From an uncultured Flavobacteriaceae bacterium (lineage in GTDB: Bacteria; Bacteroidota; Bacteroidia; Flavobacteriales; Flavobacteriaceae): 64,000 bases of DNA. Each line of letters starts with the position of its first letter. The first letter of the stretch is position 1. Shown here one piece after another: positions 39,771-48,630 of the stretch. The notes under the pieces were generated by a model. That model did no database searches, was not told the DNA's origin, and saw only the letters and a program-made list of their open reading frames with translations. The stretch spans positions 271,596 through 335,595 of the forward strand of contig CALTAJ010000002.1 in NCBI GenBank assembly GCA_943842245.1. The letters are read 5' to 3'. The position numbers and the translations under genes are program-made.

Positions 39771-40799
39771 CTAAATCCCAAGTTCATTACGTATAATTTT
39801 TGCTCCAGCACTTAAAGCACTTAACTTTTTTCTAGCTACGTTTCGGGACAAGGGAGCCATTCCACAGTTTGTACTAGGATAAAGATTTTCGACATCCACA
39901 AATTCAAGAGCTTTACGTAGAGTGTTGGCTACTTCTTCGGATGTTTCGACCCTATTGGTTGCCACATCAATTGCACCGATCATTACTTTTTTACCCCGAA
40001 GGAGTTCAATTAAATTAAAAGGTACGTGTGAATTATGACATTCTAATGACACCGTATCAATAGTGGATTTTTGAATTTTTGGGAAAATTTCTTCATATTG
40101 AAGCCATTCTGAACCCAATGTTTTTTTCCAATCAGTATTCGCTTTAATTCCATACCCGTAACAAATATGTATCGCAGTATCGCAGTTTAAACCTTCAATT
40201 GCTTTTTCCAATGCCGCCATTCCCCAATCGTTTACTTGATCAAAAAACACATTAAATGCAGGCTCATCAAATTGAATGATATCTACTCCTGCATCTTGAA
40301 GCTCTCTTGCTTCTTCATTGAGTATTTTTGCAAATTCCCAAGCCAATTTTTCTCGACTTTTGTAATGGTTATCGTACAACGTATCTACCATTGTCATCGG
40401 TCCTGGTAATGCCCATTTTATGGGTTTATTAGTCTGTTTGCGTAAAAATTTAGCATCATCAACAAAAATTGCTTTTTGACGTACAACATCATCTACAACA
40501 ACAGGAACACTCGCATCATAACGGTCACGAATTTTTACAGTTTTACGATTTTGAAAATCAACACCACTTAAATGCTCAATAAAAGTCGTTACAAAATGTT
40601 GACGTGTTTGTTCACCATCACTAATTATATCAATACCAGCCAATTGTTGTTCATGAAAAGAAATGCGCAAAGCGTCTTGTTTCCCTAAAAGTAATTGATT
40701 GCCTTCTAATTTCCATGGTGACCAGAGTTTTTCGGGAGGTGCAAGCCAAGCAGGTTTGGGTAAACTTCCAACAGTTGAGGTTGGTAATAATTTTTTCAT
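39771..40799 (-). CDS. mesD: Short cobalamin-independent (MetE C-terminal-domain-like) methionine synthase, MesD type
   Basis: 342 aa, a single MetE-like barrel. Zn-ligand-like motifs are AIHICYGYG, SLECHNS and STNCGMAP. It lies directly downstream of a DUF1852 gene, the MesX/MesD arrangement described by Price et al. 2021. Confidence 0.7.
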   Translation of the reverse strand: MKKLLPTSTVGSLPKPAWLAPPEKLWSPWKLEGNQLLLGKQDALRISFHEQQLAGIDIISDGEQTRQHFVTTFIEHLSGVDFQNRKTVKIRDRYDASVPVVVDDVVRQKAIFVDDAKFLRKQTNKPIKWALPGPMTMVDTLYDNHYKSREKLAWEFAKILNEEARELQDAGVDIIQFDEPAFNVFFDQVNDWGMAALEKAIEGLNCDTAIHICYGYGIKANTDWKKTLGSEWLQYEEIFPKIQKSTIDTVSLECHNSHVPFNLIELLRGKKVMIGAIDVATNRVETSEEVANTLRKALEFVDVENLYPSTNCGMAPLSRNVARKKLSALSAGAKIIRNELGI

Positions 40800-40825
40800 A
40801 ATAATATTTTAATTTTAAGTATTAA

Positions 40826-41857
40826 TTAAAGTGTGAAATTAGAAGACCACTGCTCTAGGGTACTTTTATAAGGATTAATGAAATGCTTTTCTGCAAATTT
40901 TCCTTGCTCAATTCCTAGCTGGGTGCGCTCTTCTCGATTATATATAATTTTCGTTATTGAATGGTCTTGATTTTTTAAACTAGGTTTAAAGCAATTTCCT
41001 GCTATAGAATTGGCATTATAAATTTCAGGTCTATAAATCTTTTGGAACGTGTCCATGGTACTAATGGTGCTTATTAATTCAAGATTTGTATAGTCTGCTA
41101 GTAAATCGCCAAAGAAATAAAACGCAAAAGGTGCAACGCTACTAGAAGGCATAAAATAACGAACTTGTAAGCCCATTTTTTTGAAGTATTGCACTGTTAA
41201 AGAAGATTTGTCCGATTGGTATTCAAAGCCTAATATTGGGTGATGGTTTCCCGTACGATTATACGTTCTATTTTCTGATACGCTCAAACACATAACAGGT
41301 GGTTTTGTAAAGTGTTTTTTGTAACTATCTGATTTTACAAAATACTTAAATAAATTGCCGTGCAATTCACCAAATTTTTTTGGAATACTAAAGTGGTCCT
41401 TACCTTTGTTATGTTCTAAAAGATGTATACTAAAATCATAATCGCGAACATAAGAAGAAAAGTTATTACCTACAATGCCTTCAATATGTTTGCCTGTTTT
41501 ATGATCGATAATATGCGTTTTCAAAATCTCAATTAACGGAAATGTTTTACCGCTAGCATCAATATCTAAATTAACAGAAACAATTTCTAATTTAACTGAA
41601 TAGCGATTATTATAAGGATTATCCCAGTTAGCCAAGGTGTTAAAACGATTATTAATCATATTAATCGCATTACGTAAGTTTTCTTGACGATTTTCTCTTA
41701 TTGCCAAATTGGCAAAGTTGGTTGTTTTGCGTGTACTGTTGGAGGGTTTATAGTTCTCATCGAAATATATACTCTTTAATGTGAATGTTAAAACATTCTT
41801 AATGGTATCCTGAATGTTTTCCATACTATTCTTATCATTTAATACGATCGTTCTCAT
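40826..41857 (-). CDS. mesX: DUF1852 family protein (MesX)
   Basis: 343 aa. The N-terminal region SIYFDENYKPSNSTRKTTNFANLAIRENRQENLRNAINMINNRFNTLANWDNP matches my recollection of DUF1852. It has the conserved pairing with a short MetE-like gene. Confidence 0.65.
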   Translation of the reverse strand: MRTIVLNDKNSMENIQDTIKNVLTFTLKSIYFDENYKPSNSTRKTTNFANLAIRENRQENLRNAINMINNRFNTLANWDNPYNNRYSVKLEIVSVNLDIDASGKTFPLIEILKTHIIDHKTGKHIEGIVGNNFSSYVRDYDFSIHLLEHNKGKDHFSIPKKFGELHGNLFKYFVKSDSYKKHFTKPPVMCLSVSENRTYNRTGNHHPILGFEYQSDKSSLTVQYFKKMGLQVRYFMPSSSVAPFAFYFFGDLLADYTNLELISTISTMDTFQKIYRPEIYNANSIAGNCFKPSLKNQDHSITKIIYNREERTQLGIEQGKFAEKHFINPYKSTLEQWSSNFTL

Positions 41858-41896
41858 CTAATGATTATTTATATATCTTACAAATTTCAAAAAAAA

Positions 41897-41970
41897 AGAT
41901 TAATTATCTTAGTTTATATTTGTAATTGGATAATATATCTTTTTATATTATTTTTGAAGATAATTAATCT
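41897..41970. promoter_or_regulatory. Pair of 14-bp inverted repeats in the mesX / lrp divergent intergenic region (candidate operator)
   Basis: agattaattatctt (41897-41910) and aagataattaatct (41957-41970) are exact reverse complements, separated by 46 bp. Confidence 0.4.
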
Positions 41971-41986
41971 TTTTACAATTGCAGAA

Positions 41987-42472
41987 ATGAAAAAAACAGA
42001 TAATTTCTCTTCAGAAAACTTAGATATAATTGATTTTGATTTGCTTAGAATGCTTCAAAAAGATGCTAAATTAACTACTAAAGAAATAGCTGCTCGAGTA
42101 AATCTATCTCCAACACCTGTTTATGAAAGAATTAAACGACTAGAAAAAGAGGGTTTGATTGAAAAGTACACAGCTATTGTAAATGCTGAAAAAGTAGGTA
42201 AAAATCTAACTGTATTTTGTAATATCATTCTAAAGGAACATACAAAAGAGATCGTAAATAAGTTTGTAAGGGATATCGTTTCGCTTAAAGAAGTGGTTGA
42301 ATGTTACAATATTTCGGGCGATTACGATTTTTTATTAAAAATTGTCATAAGAGATATGAAACATTATCAATATTTTGTGATTAATGAGTTAGGCTCGGTT
42401 GAAAATATTGGAAATGCACATAGTACATTTGTTATTGGGGTTACAAAACATAGCTATTCAGTTCCATTATAG
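41987..42472 (+). CDS. Lrp/AsnC family transcriptional regulator
   Basis: The start is taken at Met43 of the tracked ORF (MKKTDNF...). The HTH is DFDLLRMLQKDAKLTTKEIAARVNLSPTPVYERIKRLEKEGLI, followed by an AsnC-type ligand domain. Confidence 0.85.
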   Translation: MKKTDNFSSENLDIIDFDLLRMLQKDAKLTTKEIAARVNLSPTPVYERIKRLEKEGLIEKYTAIVNAEKVGKNLTVFCNIILKEHTKEIVNKFVRDIVSLKEVVECYNISGDYDFLLKIVIRDMKHYQYFVINELGSVENIGNAHSTFVIGVTKHSYSVPL

Positions 42473-42506
42473 TTATGATTTATAGAATAATTATTAGTTT
42501 TAAAAT

Positions 42507-42809
42507 ATGAACAAAACAACTAAAAGATTAAGAGAACTTTGTAATCGACTTGATAAGGAAGCTGAACACTTTGATAACCTGATTGATATACTTAACTCAA
42601 GCAAAAGCAAAGAGAAAATAATAGAGGATGTGAAAAGAGAATTACTTCATGGTCAACTCAAGAGGAATATATTAGTAACTCAGGAAATTGCCAACTTAAC
42701 AAAGGATAATACGCTTTTAGATGCCGAAGGTTTGAGAATTTTAGCCTATTCAGAGGATATTTTAAAAGACATATCTGAAGATAACAAGAAGTCAATTAAA
42801 CTTTATTAA
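42507..42809 (+). CDS. Hypothetical protein (100 aa, helical/charged)
   Basis: ORF only. I recognise no motif. Confidence 0.35.
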   Translation: MNKTTKRLRELCNRLDKEAEHFDNLIDILNSSKSKEKIIEDVKRELLHGQLKRNILVTQEIANLTKDNTLLDAEGLRILAYSEDILKDISEDNKKSIKLY

Positions 42810-42892
42810 GGTAGCTAATTTATTTGTGAAATTCTATTTTATGATCCAAATTCAAAAAATTAAACACTATATAATTTTTTCAATGAAAAACC

Positions 42893-43663
42893 TTAAGGCT
42901 TAAAAATCAGTTTCCTAATACAGATAAATACTATTATTAAAACTGAATATCCAATAAAAAAAGGAATGACAAGGCTTTGAAGTTTAAACACTAACATAAG
43001 TGCCATAATTAGCAATTGAAACCCAAGTCCATAAATAGAAACTAGTGTCATAAACCACTTTGGAAAAGGCTTGCAGAACCTTGCGTTTTCATCCATGTAA
43101 TACATACTCTTGTCAAAAGAAATATATAAAATATTATAAATTTTATAAAATAGATTTACTCGAGACTGACTTTCACCTTTGAAAGCTGTGGGTTTGCTAT
43201 TTTCAACAACTCGACTGGTTGAATCACCTTGAACGGAATTTCGTAAAATTACATAATAGTAGTTATAAAGTGTCCCTTGAAGTTGGATCCCTAAAAAAGC
43301 TATTAGCATATAAATTATTGAAATATCAGTGATATACCAAAAGGTTAATAAGAAACAAAAGTTAAGTATCAAATCTGCTATTGAATCATAATAACGTCCA
43401 ACATACGAAGGTTTTTTTTTAAGACGCGATAATTCACCGTCTGCAGCATCTAATACAGATTTTAATATTATAAAAAAAGCAGATGTTATTAAGTATCCAT
43501 TTAATAAAAATCCAATTGCTATAAATCCAGTTATAATAAACATGGTTGTTACATGAATAGGTGTTAGATCCGTGTACTGAAGCTTACTAGCAATCCAATG
43601 CCCTGATGAACGACCGTAATCAGATAAGTCTAAAAATTGATGTTTCTTCGGTAATTTGGCCAT
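42893..43663 (-). CDS. CDP-alcohol phosphatidyltransferase family protein
   Basis: 256 aa membrane protein with DAADGELSRL...YYDSIADLI, matching the D-x2-D-G-x2-[AS]-R...D-x3-D motif. Confidence 0.75.
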   Translation of the reverse strand: MAKLPKKHQFLDLSDYGRSSGHWIASKLQYTDLTPIHVTTMFIITGFIAIGFLLNGYLITSAFFIILKSVLDAADGELSRLKKKPSYVGRYYDSIADLILNFCFLLTFWYITDISIIYMLIAFLGIQLQGTLYNYYYVILRNSVQGDSTSRVVENSKPTAFKGESQSRVNLFYKIYNILYISFDKSMYYMDENARFCKPFPKWFMTLVSIYGLGFQLLIMALMLVFKLQSLVIPFFIGYSVLIIVFICIRKLIFKP

Positions 43664-43779
43664 TTATAAAACTAAGGAGAAGAAATTATTTGTGAAAAAT
43701 ACAACGATTTTTTTATTTTTAATAAAGAAAAGGTTGGCTTAATTTCGATTGATTTTATTAGTTAAGCTTAAATTCGAAA

Positions 43780-45078
43780 ATGAACTTTCACATGATAAAA
43801 AAAATAATTTTAGGCACACTTCTTATAGGGTTAACTCTTTTGGGAATCTATCTTTATAATTTGGGGCATAGACCAGAAAGAGAATATCCGTCATTTTCAC
43901 TTCACCCTGAAAAAAAAGCCGCAACAGTTCATGATAGCATTCCTTTACAGGATGTTGTACTAGTAGGTAATAACTGGGATGGAGTCATTACCATTTTTGA
44001 CCCAAATACTTTTAAAATCATAAAAAAAATAAGTGCCATGCCAGACCGAGATGAAAGATTTGAAGAAATTTATTCTGGCCTAAAAAGAAGTCTTGCTTCA
44101 GGTTTTATCAGGGAATATATCGGTGAAGGCAATGATCAATTGGTTGACGACATGTTTACCTCAAATGATGGTAGGTATATTTATGCATCAAGACCAAGTT
44201 TTGCAGATGTTGTTGCTATTGATGTTAATTCTGGTGAAATTTTTTGGCGAACACGGGTGGAGGGTCTTCGAGCAGATCATTCAGCAATATCCCCAGATGG
44301 AAAAATCTTTTTGGTTTCAGCCTCGACAGCAAGAAAAGTACACGCAATTGATGTTTCAACGGGTGAAATCATTGATAGTTTTGAATCTGGAGACCAACCA
44401 CATGAGAATACATATTCTGAAGATGGTAAAAAAATATATCATGCCAGTATCGGTAAAGTCTTTTTTGCATCACCAAATCTCGACTTTTTAAAGGGTGATC
44501 GTTGGTTTCAGATTGTTGATGCTAACACTTATGAAGTGTTACGTCGTGTTGATATGAAACAAAAATTGGAAGAAGCTGGTTTTGATTGGATTGACCGAGC
44601 AATTCGTCCAATGGCCATTACTAAAGACGAAAAATTTGCTTATCTGCAAATTTCATTATTCCATGGTTTTTTTGAATACGATATAGAGAACGATAAAATC
44701 ACCCGAAAATTAAATTTACCTATCCCAAAAACAAATAATAGTCTATCACTTGGAGACCACCTTTTGAACTCAGGGCACCATGGTATTTCTTTAAGTGGAG
44801 ATGATAAAACTATATGTGTAGCAGGGACTATGGATGGATATATCGCCATAGTGGATAGGGAAACCTTCGAATATAACATCATTAAACTTTCTGATGATCC
44901 AAAAGAAGCAAAGCCATACTGGGCAACTTCAAGCAAAGATGGCAAAAAGGCTTATGTATCTATAAGCGGTCTTGACAAGGTTTCTATATTGGATTACGTC
45001 ACTGGAAAAGTAATTGCCGAAGTTCCCGTCGGGAACCATCCTCAAAGAGTACGAAATGGACAACTGCGTTTAAGATAA
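43780..45078 (+). CDS. Membrane-anchored YncE/YVTN-type beta-propeller protein
   Basis: 432 aa with an N-terminal anchor helix. It has repeated units such as SPDGKIFLVSASTARKVHAIDVSTGEII and SKDGKKAYVSISGLDKVSILDYVTGKVIAEVPVGNHPQ. Confidence 0.55.
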   Translation: MNFHMIKKIILGTLLIGLTLLGIYLYNLGHRPEREYPSFSLHPEKKAATVHDSIPLQDVVLVGNNWDGVITIFDPNTFKIIKKISAMPDRDERFEEIYSGLKRSLASGFIREYIGEGNDQLVDDMFTSNDGRYIYASRPSFADVVAIDVNSGEIFWRTRVEGLRADHSAISPDGKIFLVSASTARKVHAIDVSTGEIIDSFESGDQPHENTYSEDGKKIYHASIGKVFFASPNLDFLKGDRWFQIVDANTYEVLRRVDMKQKLEEAGFDWIDRAIRPMAITKDEKFAYLQISLFHGFFEYDIENDKITRKLNLPIPKTNNSLSLGDHLLNSGHHGISLSGDDKTICVAGTMDGYIAIVDRETFEYNIIKLSDDPKEAKPYWATSSKDGKKAYVSISGLDKVSILDYVTGKVIAEVPVGNHPQRVRNGQLRLR

Positions 45079-45258
45079 ATATTAAAGCACTTAAAAATTC
45101 ACCTTTCCTATTTATCAAGTTCAGTAAGAAAAACAAGAAATTGTCAGTATACCAAATGGATGGAAATTCAAATTGATTTTTGATTTAAATCAGGCTGTTA
45201 AATAGAATTAATAATTTGTACAAATAATGTATTTATTTGTTAATGTAAATTATAATTA

Positions 45259-45266
45259 TATATTTG
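45259..45266 (+). promoter_or_regulatory. Candidate -7 promoter box (TATATTTG) upstream of susC
   Basis: It matches the Bacteroidota TAnnTTTG consensus and is flanked by three TGTACA-core palindromic sites (45215-45224, 45269-45276, 45325-45332). Confidence 0.3.
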
Positions 45267-45438
45267 TATGTACAAATATTGTGTCTACAATTAATTTTAT
45301 TTTGTTTTGGTAAGAAAAACTGTGTTTGTACATGTATTGTGTTAAAATTGGATATTTTAAATATTTATAAAAGGTCTGTTAATTATTAGATTTTCAACTT
45401 TCAAAAAATATTATATATATTGTAGTAAACAAATTAAC

Positions 45439-48400
45439 ATGAATCAAACATTTTATCAAATGAAGAATAAAAAATTATTTAAAAATCTATCCTTATCAAT
45501 AATATTATTGGTTTCATCATTTGCATCAGCTCAACAGAGCGTCTCAGGTTCTATTAGTGACGGAGACGGCCCTTTGCCTGGAGTAACCATTGTTGAAAAA
45601 GGAACAGATAACGGTGTATCATCAGACTTTGATGGTAATTACACTATTACAACTACGAATCAAGATGCTGTTTTAGTCTTCTCCTATATAGGTTTCCTTA
45701 CCCAGGAAATTTCAGTTGGAGATAGCAGTAGTATGGATGTGCAACTATCTCAAGATGTTCAAGGCCTTGAAGAAGTTGTTGTTACAGGTTATGGTACACA
45801 GAAAAAAGAAACTCTTACGGGTTCGATCGCTACTATTGGTGGAGATGATTTAGAAAGATCAGCTTCTCCTAACTTAGGAACAGCACTTGCTGGAAAAGTT
45901 GCCGGAGTTTTTATTGATCAAGGAAACGGTGCACCAGGAAATGACACTCCTGCTGTTCGTATTAGAGGTACTAATACCTTTAATAATTCTTCTGCACTTG
46001 TCGTTATTGATGGTATTCCCGACAGAGCAGGTGGGCTTGCTAGAATTAACCCTGCTGATATAGAAAGTATATCTGTACTTAAAGACGCATCTGCGGCAAT
46101 TTATGGTGCCCGAGCTGCAAACGGTGTAGTATTGATTACTACCAAAAGAGGAAAGGAAGGAAAAGCTAAAGTTAAAATTACATCCAATTATGGTTGGCAA
46201 AACTTTACTACAACTCCTAACATGTTAAGAGGTGAAGAATATATGGATTTAGTTAATCTTTTGAATGTATATAAATTGCCTGTTAATGAGTGGGCTAGCG
46301 CGAATGCAGTAAGGGGACAGCCTTTTACTCGACCTAATGGAGAAGTTTTAAATCCAACTTACCCCACTGATCGTATAGAAAACACTAGGGCTGGAAATGA
46401 CCCTTGGCTTTATCCTAATACAGATTGGATGGAAGAAGTACAGAGAAGAAACGCTCCAACCTCAAGACAAAATGTTCAGATAACTGGTGGAGATGAAAAC
46501 GTAAAATATTTAGCTTCAGCTGGATATCTCAGACAAGACGTTAATTTTAAAAATGCACCTAAAGGATTTACTCAGTATGACCTTCGTCTTAACTTAGACG
46601 CAAAAATTAATGATTTTTTAAGTCTTGATATCGGTTTATATTCAAGACAAGAGGAAAACTTAAATGCTACAAGTTCACCTGCAGGTGAATTTAACAATTT
46701 AGTTCGTCAGTATCCATGGTTTCCTGCTTATTGGCCAACTGGTGAATACGGTCCAGATATTGAAAATGGTAACAACCCTGCAATTCGTGTTACTGATGAA
46801 CCAGGTTACAACGATCAGAGAACAAACTATGTTCAAAGTAATATAGGTATTAACTTCAAAGTTCCTGGAGTAGAAGGCTTGTTACTTCGAGGTAACGTTT
46901 CTTATGATAAACAGAATTATGATCAAAAGGTATGGGCACGCCCATGGGAATTATATACTTGGGATGGAGAAAATAGAAATTCATCGGGATTAACGGCTGC
47001 TCAAAGAGGTCCTGGTGATCCGAGCTTAACACAAGATCACACTACTAGAACCGATATTACAGCTATATTTAACGCTTCATATGAGAAGGATTTTGGCGAC
47101 AATTACTTTAAAATTTTGGGAGGGATTACAAGAGAGCAAACAGAAATAAGCTTTATGAGGGCTTTCAAGCGTTTTTTCTTGTCTAATGATTTGGACCAAT
47201 TAAGTTTTGGAGGAAATGATGGTCAATATAGCCAAGGTACTGGAAGCGAAACTGCCCGTATTCATTACTATACTCGTTTAAACTATAACTATAAAGAAAA
47301 ATATCTTTTAGAAGCAGTTGTCACTTATGACGGTTCTTACACATTCCCCGAAGCTACACGCTATGGAGTTTTCCCCGGAGCGTCAGCAGGTTGGGTTGTA
47401 TCTGAAGAATCTTTTTTTAATGTTGGTTTCTTAGACTACTTAAAATTGAAAGGATCATGGGGTCAATTAGGGAATGATAATGTTGCACCATTTCAATTCT
47501 TAGCATCATATGGTTTATCTCAAACTAGTTTGGGCAATGTTGCCTCTACAGCCTATGAGACAAAAGTTCCTAACCCAAATATTACTTGGGAGACACAAAC
47601 ATCTCAAAACCTTGGAATTAACTTAAGAACTTTAAACGATAAACTTTCACTTGGATTTGAAGTATTTAATAATACAAGAGTGGACATTTTAACTTTACCA
47701 AATAAGACTTTACCTTCTTACAGTGGTATAACACCTCCAGCTCAAAATATTGGTGAGTTTAAAAACGCAGGTATAGAAATAACTGCCGGTTTTAATGGTG
47801 AGACTAATTCAGGGTTTACTTATAATTTTAATTTTAATTTAAGTGATTCAAATAACGAATTGGTATTTGTCGATGAGCCTGAATTAGCTGATCGTCCTTG
47901 GCAAAGAGAAACTGGTGGAGAACTAGGAAGACCTCTTCGCTATAGAATGACAGGTGTTTTCCAATCACAAGCAGATATTGACTCTGAAAGTTTAGATTAC
48001 AGTGCAATAGCACCTCTTCTAAAACCTGGAGATGCTAGAGTCGAAGACATTGACGGTGATGGAAAAATTACTCCGGCTGATAAGACTCGAGTTGGAGGAA
48101 GTTCATTTGCCGACACTCAGTTTGGTTTTAACACTGCCCTTACGTATAAAAACTTTGATTTTAATATGTATTGGAATGGTGCTTCTGGCGGATATAATAC
48201 ATACGAATGGAGTTTTATGTCTGGTACACTTGCGAATGTACAACGTGATGTTTTCGATCGTGCATGGTCCTTAGACAATCCTAACAACACTGCCCCTCGT
48301 CTAGCTGATAGAGGTGACCAGTGGTATTCAAATCAAACTGATTATGCTCTTATAACCAGAGACTTTATAAGATTAAAAACTCTAGAATTAGGTTATAATT

Positions 48401-48621
48401 TTAGTGATGCTATCACAAGTAAAATAAATGCTGAAAGCATACGCCTATCTGTAACAGGAACTAATTTAATTACTATTACAGATTTTCCATTTGATCCAGA
48501 AGTTGGCCAAAGTGGTATTAATCCTGGTAATACAAGATCCGCAACAGGAGGAGCAGTAAATAACGGTGGTGCTTATCCACTTTTAAAAACAATAATAACC
48601 GGAATACAAATAACTTTTTAA
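45439..48621 (+). CDS. susC: SusC/RagA family TonB-linked outer membrane protein
   Basis: 1060 aa with a CarboxypepD_reg-like N-terminus (SGSISDGDGPLPGVTIVEKGT...DFDGNYTI), a plug region (VVVTGYGTQKKETLTGS) and a C-terminal aromatic residue (ITF). There is no STN domain. Confidence 0.92.
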   Translation: MNQTFYQMKNKKLFKNLSLSIILLVSSFASAQQSVSGSISDGDGPLPGVTIVEKGTDNGVSSDFDGNYTITTTNQDAVLVFSYIGFLTQEISVGDSSSMDVQLSQDVQGLEEVVVTGYGTQKKETLTGSIATIGGDDLERSASPNLGTALAGKVAGVFIDQGNGAPGNDTPAVRIRGTNTFNNSSALVVIDGIPDRAGGLARINPADIESISVLKDASAAIYGARAANGVVLITTKRGKEGKAKVKITSNYGWQNFTTTPNMLRGEEYMDLVNLLNVYKLPVNEWASANAVRGQPFTRPNGEVLNPTYPTDRIENTRAGNDPWLYPNTDWMEEVQRRNAPTSRQNVQITGGDENVKYLASAGYLRQDVNFKNAPKGFTQYDLRLNLDAKINDFLSLDIGLYSRQEENLNATSSPAGEFNNLVRQYPWFPAYWPTGEYGPDIENGNNPAIRVTDEPGYNDQRTNYVQSNIGINFKVPGVEGLLLRGNVSYDKQNYDQKVWARPWELYTWDGENRNSSGLTAAQRGPGDPSLTQDHTTRTDITAIFNASYEKDFGDNYFKILGGITREQTEISFMRAFKRFFLSNDLDQLSFGGNDGQYSQGTGSETARIHYYTRLNYNYKEKYLLEAVVTYDGSYTFPEATRYGVFPGASAGWVVSEESFFNVGFLDYLKLKGSWGQLGNDNVAPFQFLASYGLSQTSLGNVASTAYETKVPNPNITWETQTSQNLGINLRTLNDKLSLGFEVFNNTRVDILTLPNKTLPSYSGITPPAQNIGEFKNAGIEITAGFNGETNSGFTYNFNFNLSDSNNELVFVDEPELADRPWQRETGGELGRPLRYRMTGVFQSQADIDSESLDYSAIAPLLKPGDARVEDIDGDGKITPADKTRVGGSSFADTQFGFNTALTYKNFDFNMYWNGASGGYNTYEWSFMSGTLANVQRDVFDRAWSLDNPNNTAPRLADRGDQWYSNQTDYALITRDFIRLKTLELGYNFSDAITSKINAESIRLSVTGTNLITITDFPFDPEVGQSGINPGNTRSATGGAVNNGGAYPLLKTIITGIQITF

Positions 48622-48630
48622 TTAATAAAA

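Noticed and set aside
41861-41986. The N-terminal 42 codons of the tracked Lrp ORF (MIIYISYKFQKKRLI...).
   Set aside because: This stretch is AT-rich intergenic sequence containing the inverted repeats. The Lrp/AsnC HTH begins shortly after Met43, so the start at 41987 is preferred.
41858-41986. A SAM or cobalamin riboswitch upstream of the methionine-synthase operon.
   Set aside because: The leader is only about 130 nt and extremely AT-rich. It has no GC-rich helices or conserved riboswitch cores, so a protein regulator (Lrp) is more plausible.
45079-45438. A structured ncRNA (tmRNA, RNase P, 6S) in the large intergenic gaps 45079-45438 and 54275-54743.
   Set aside because: Both gaps are very AT-rich with no extended GC-containing helices. 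They look like promoter or 5'-UTR DNA.
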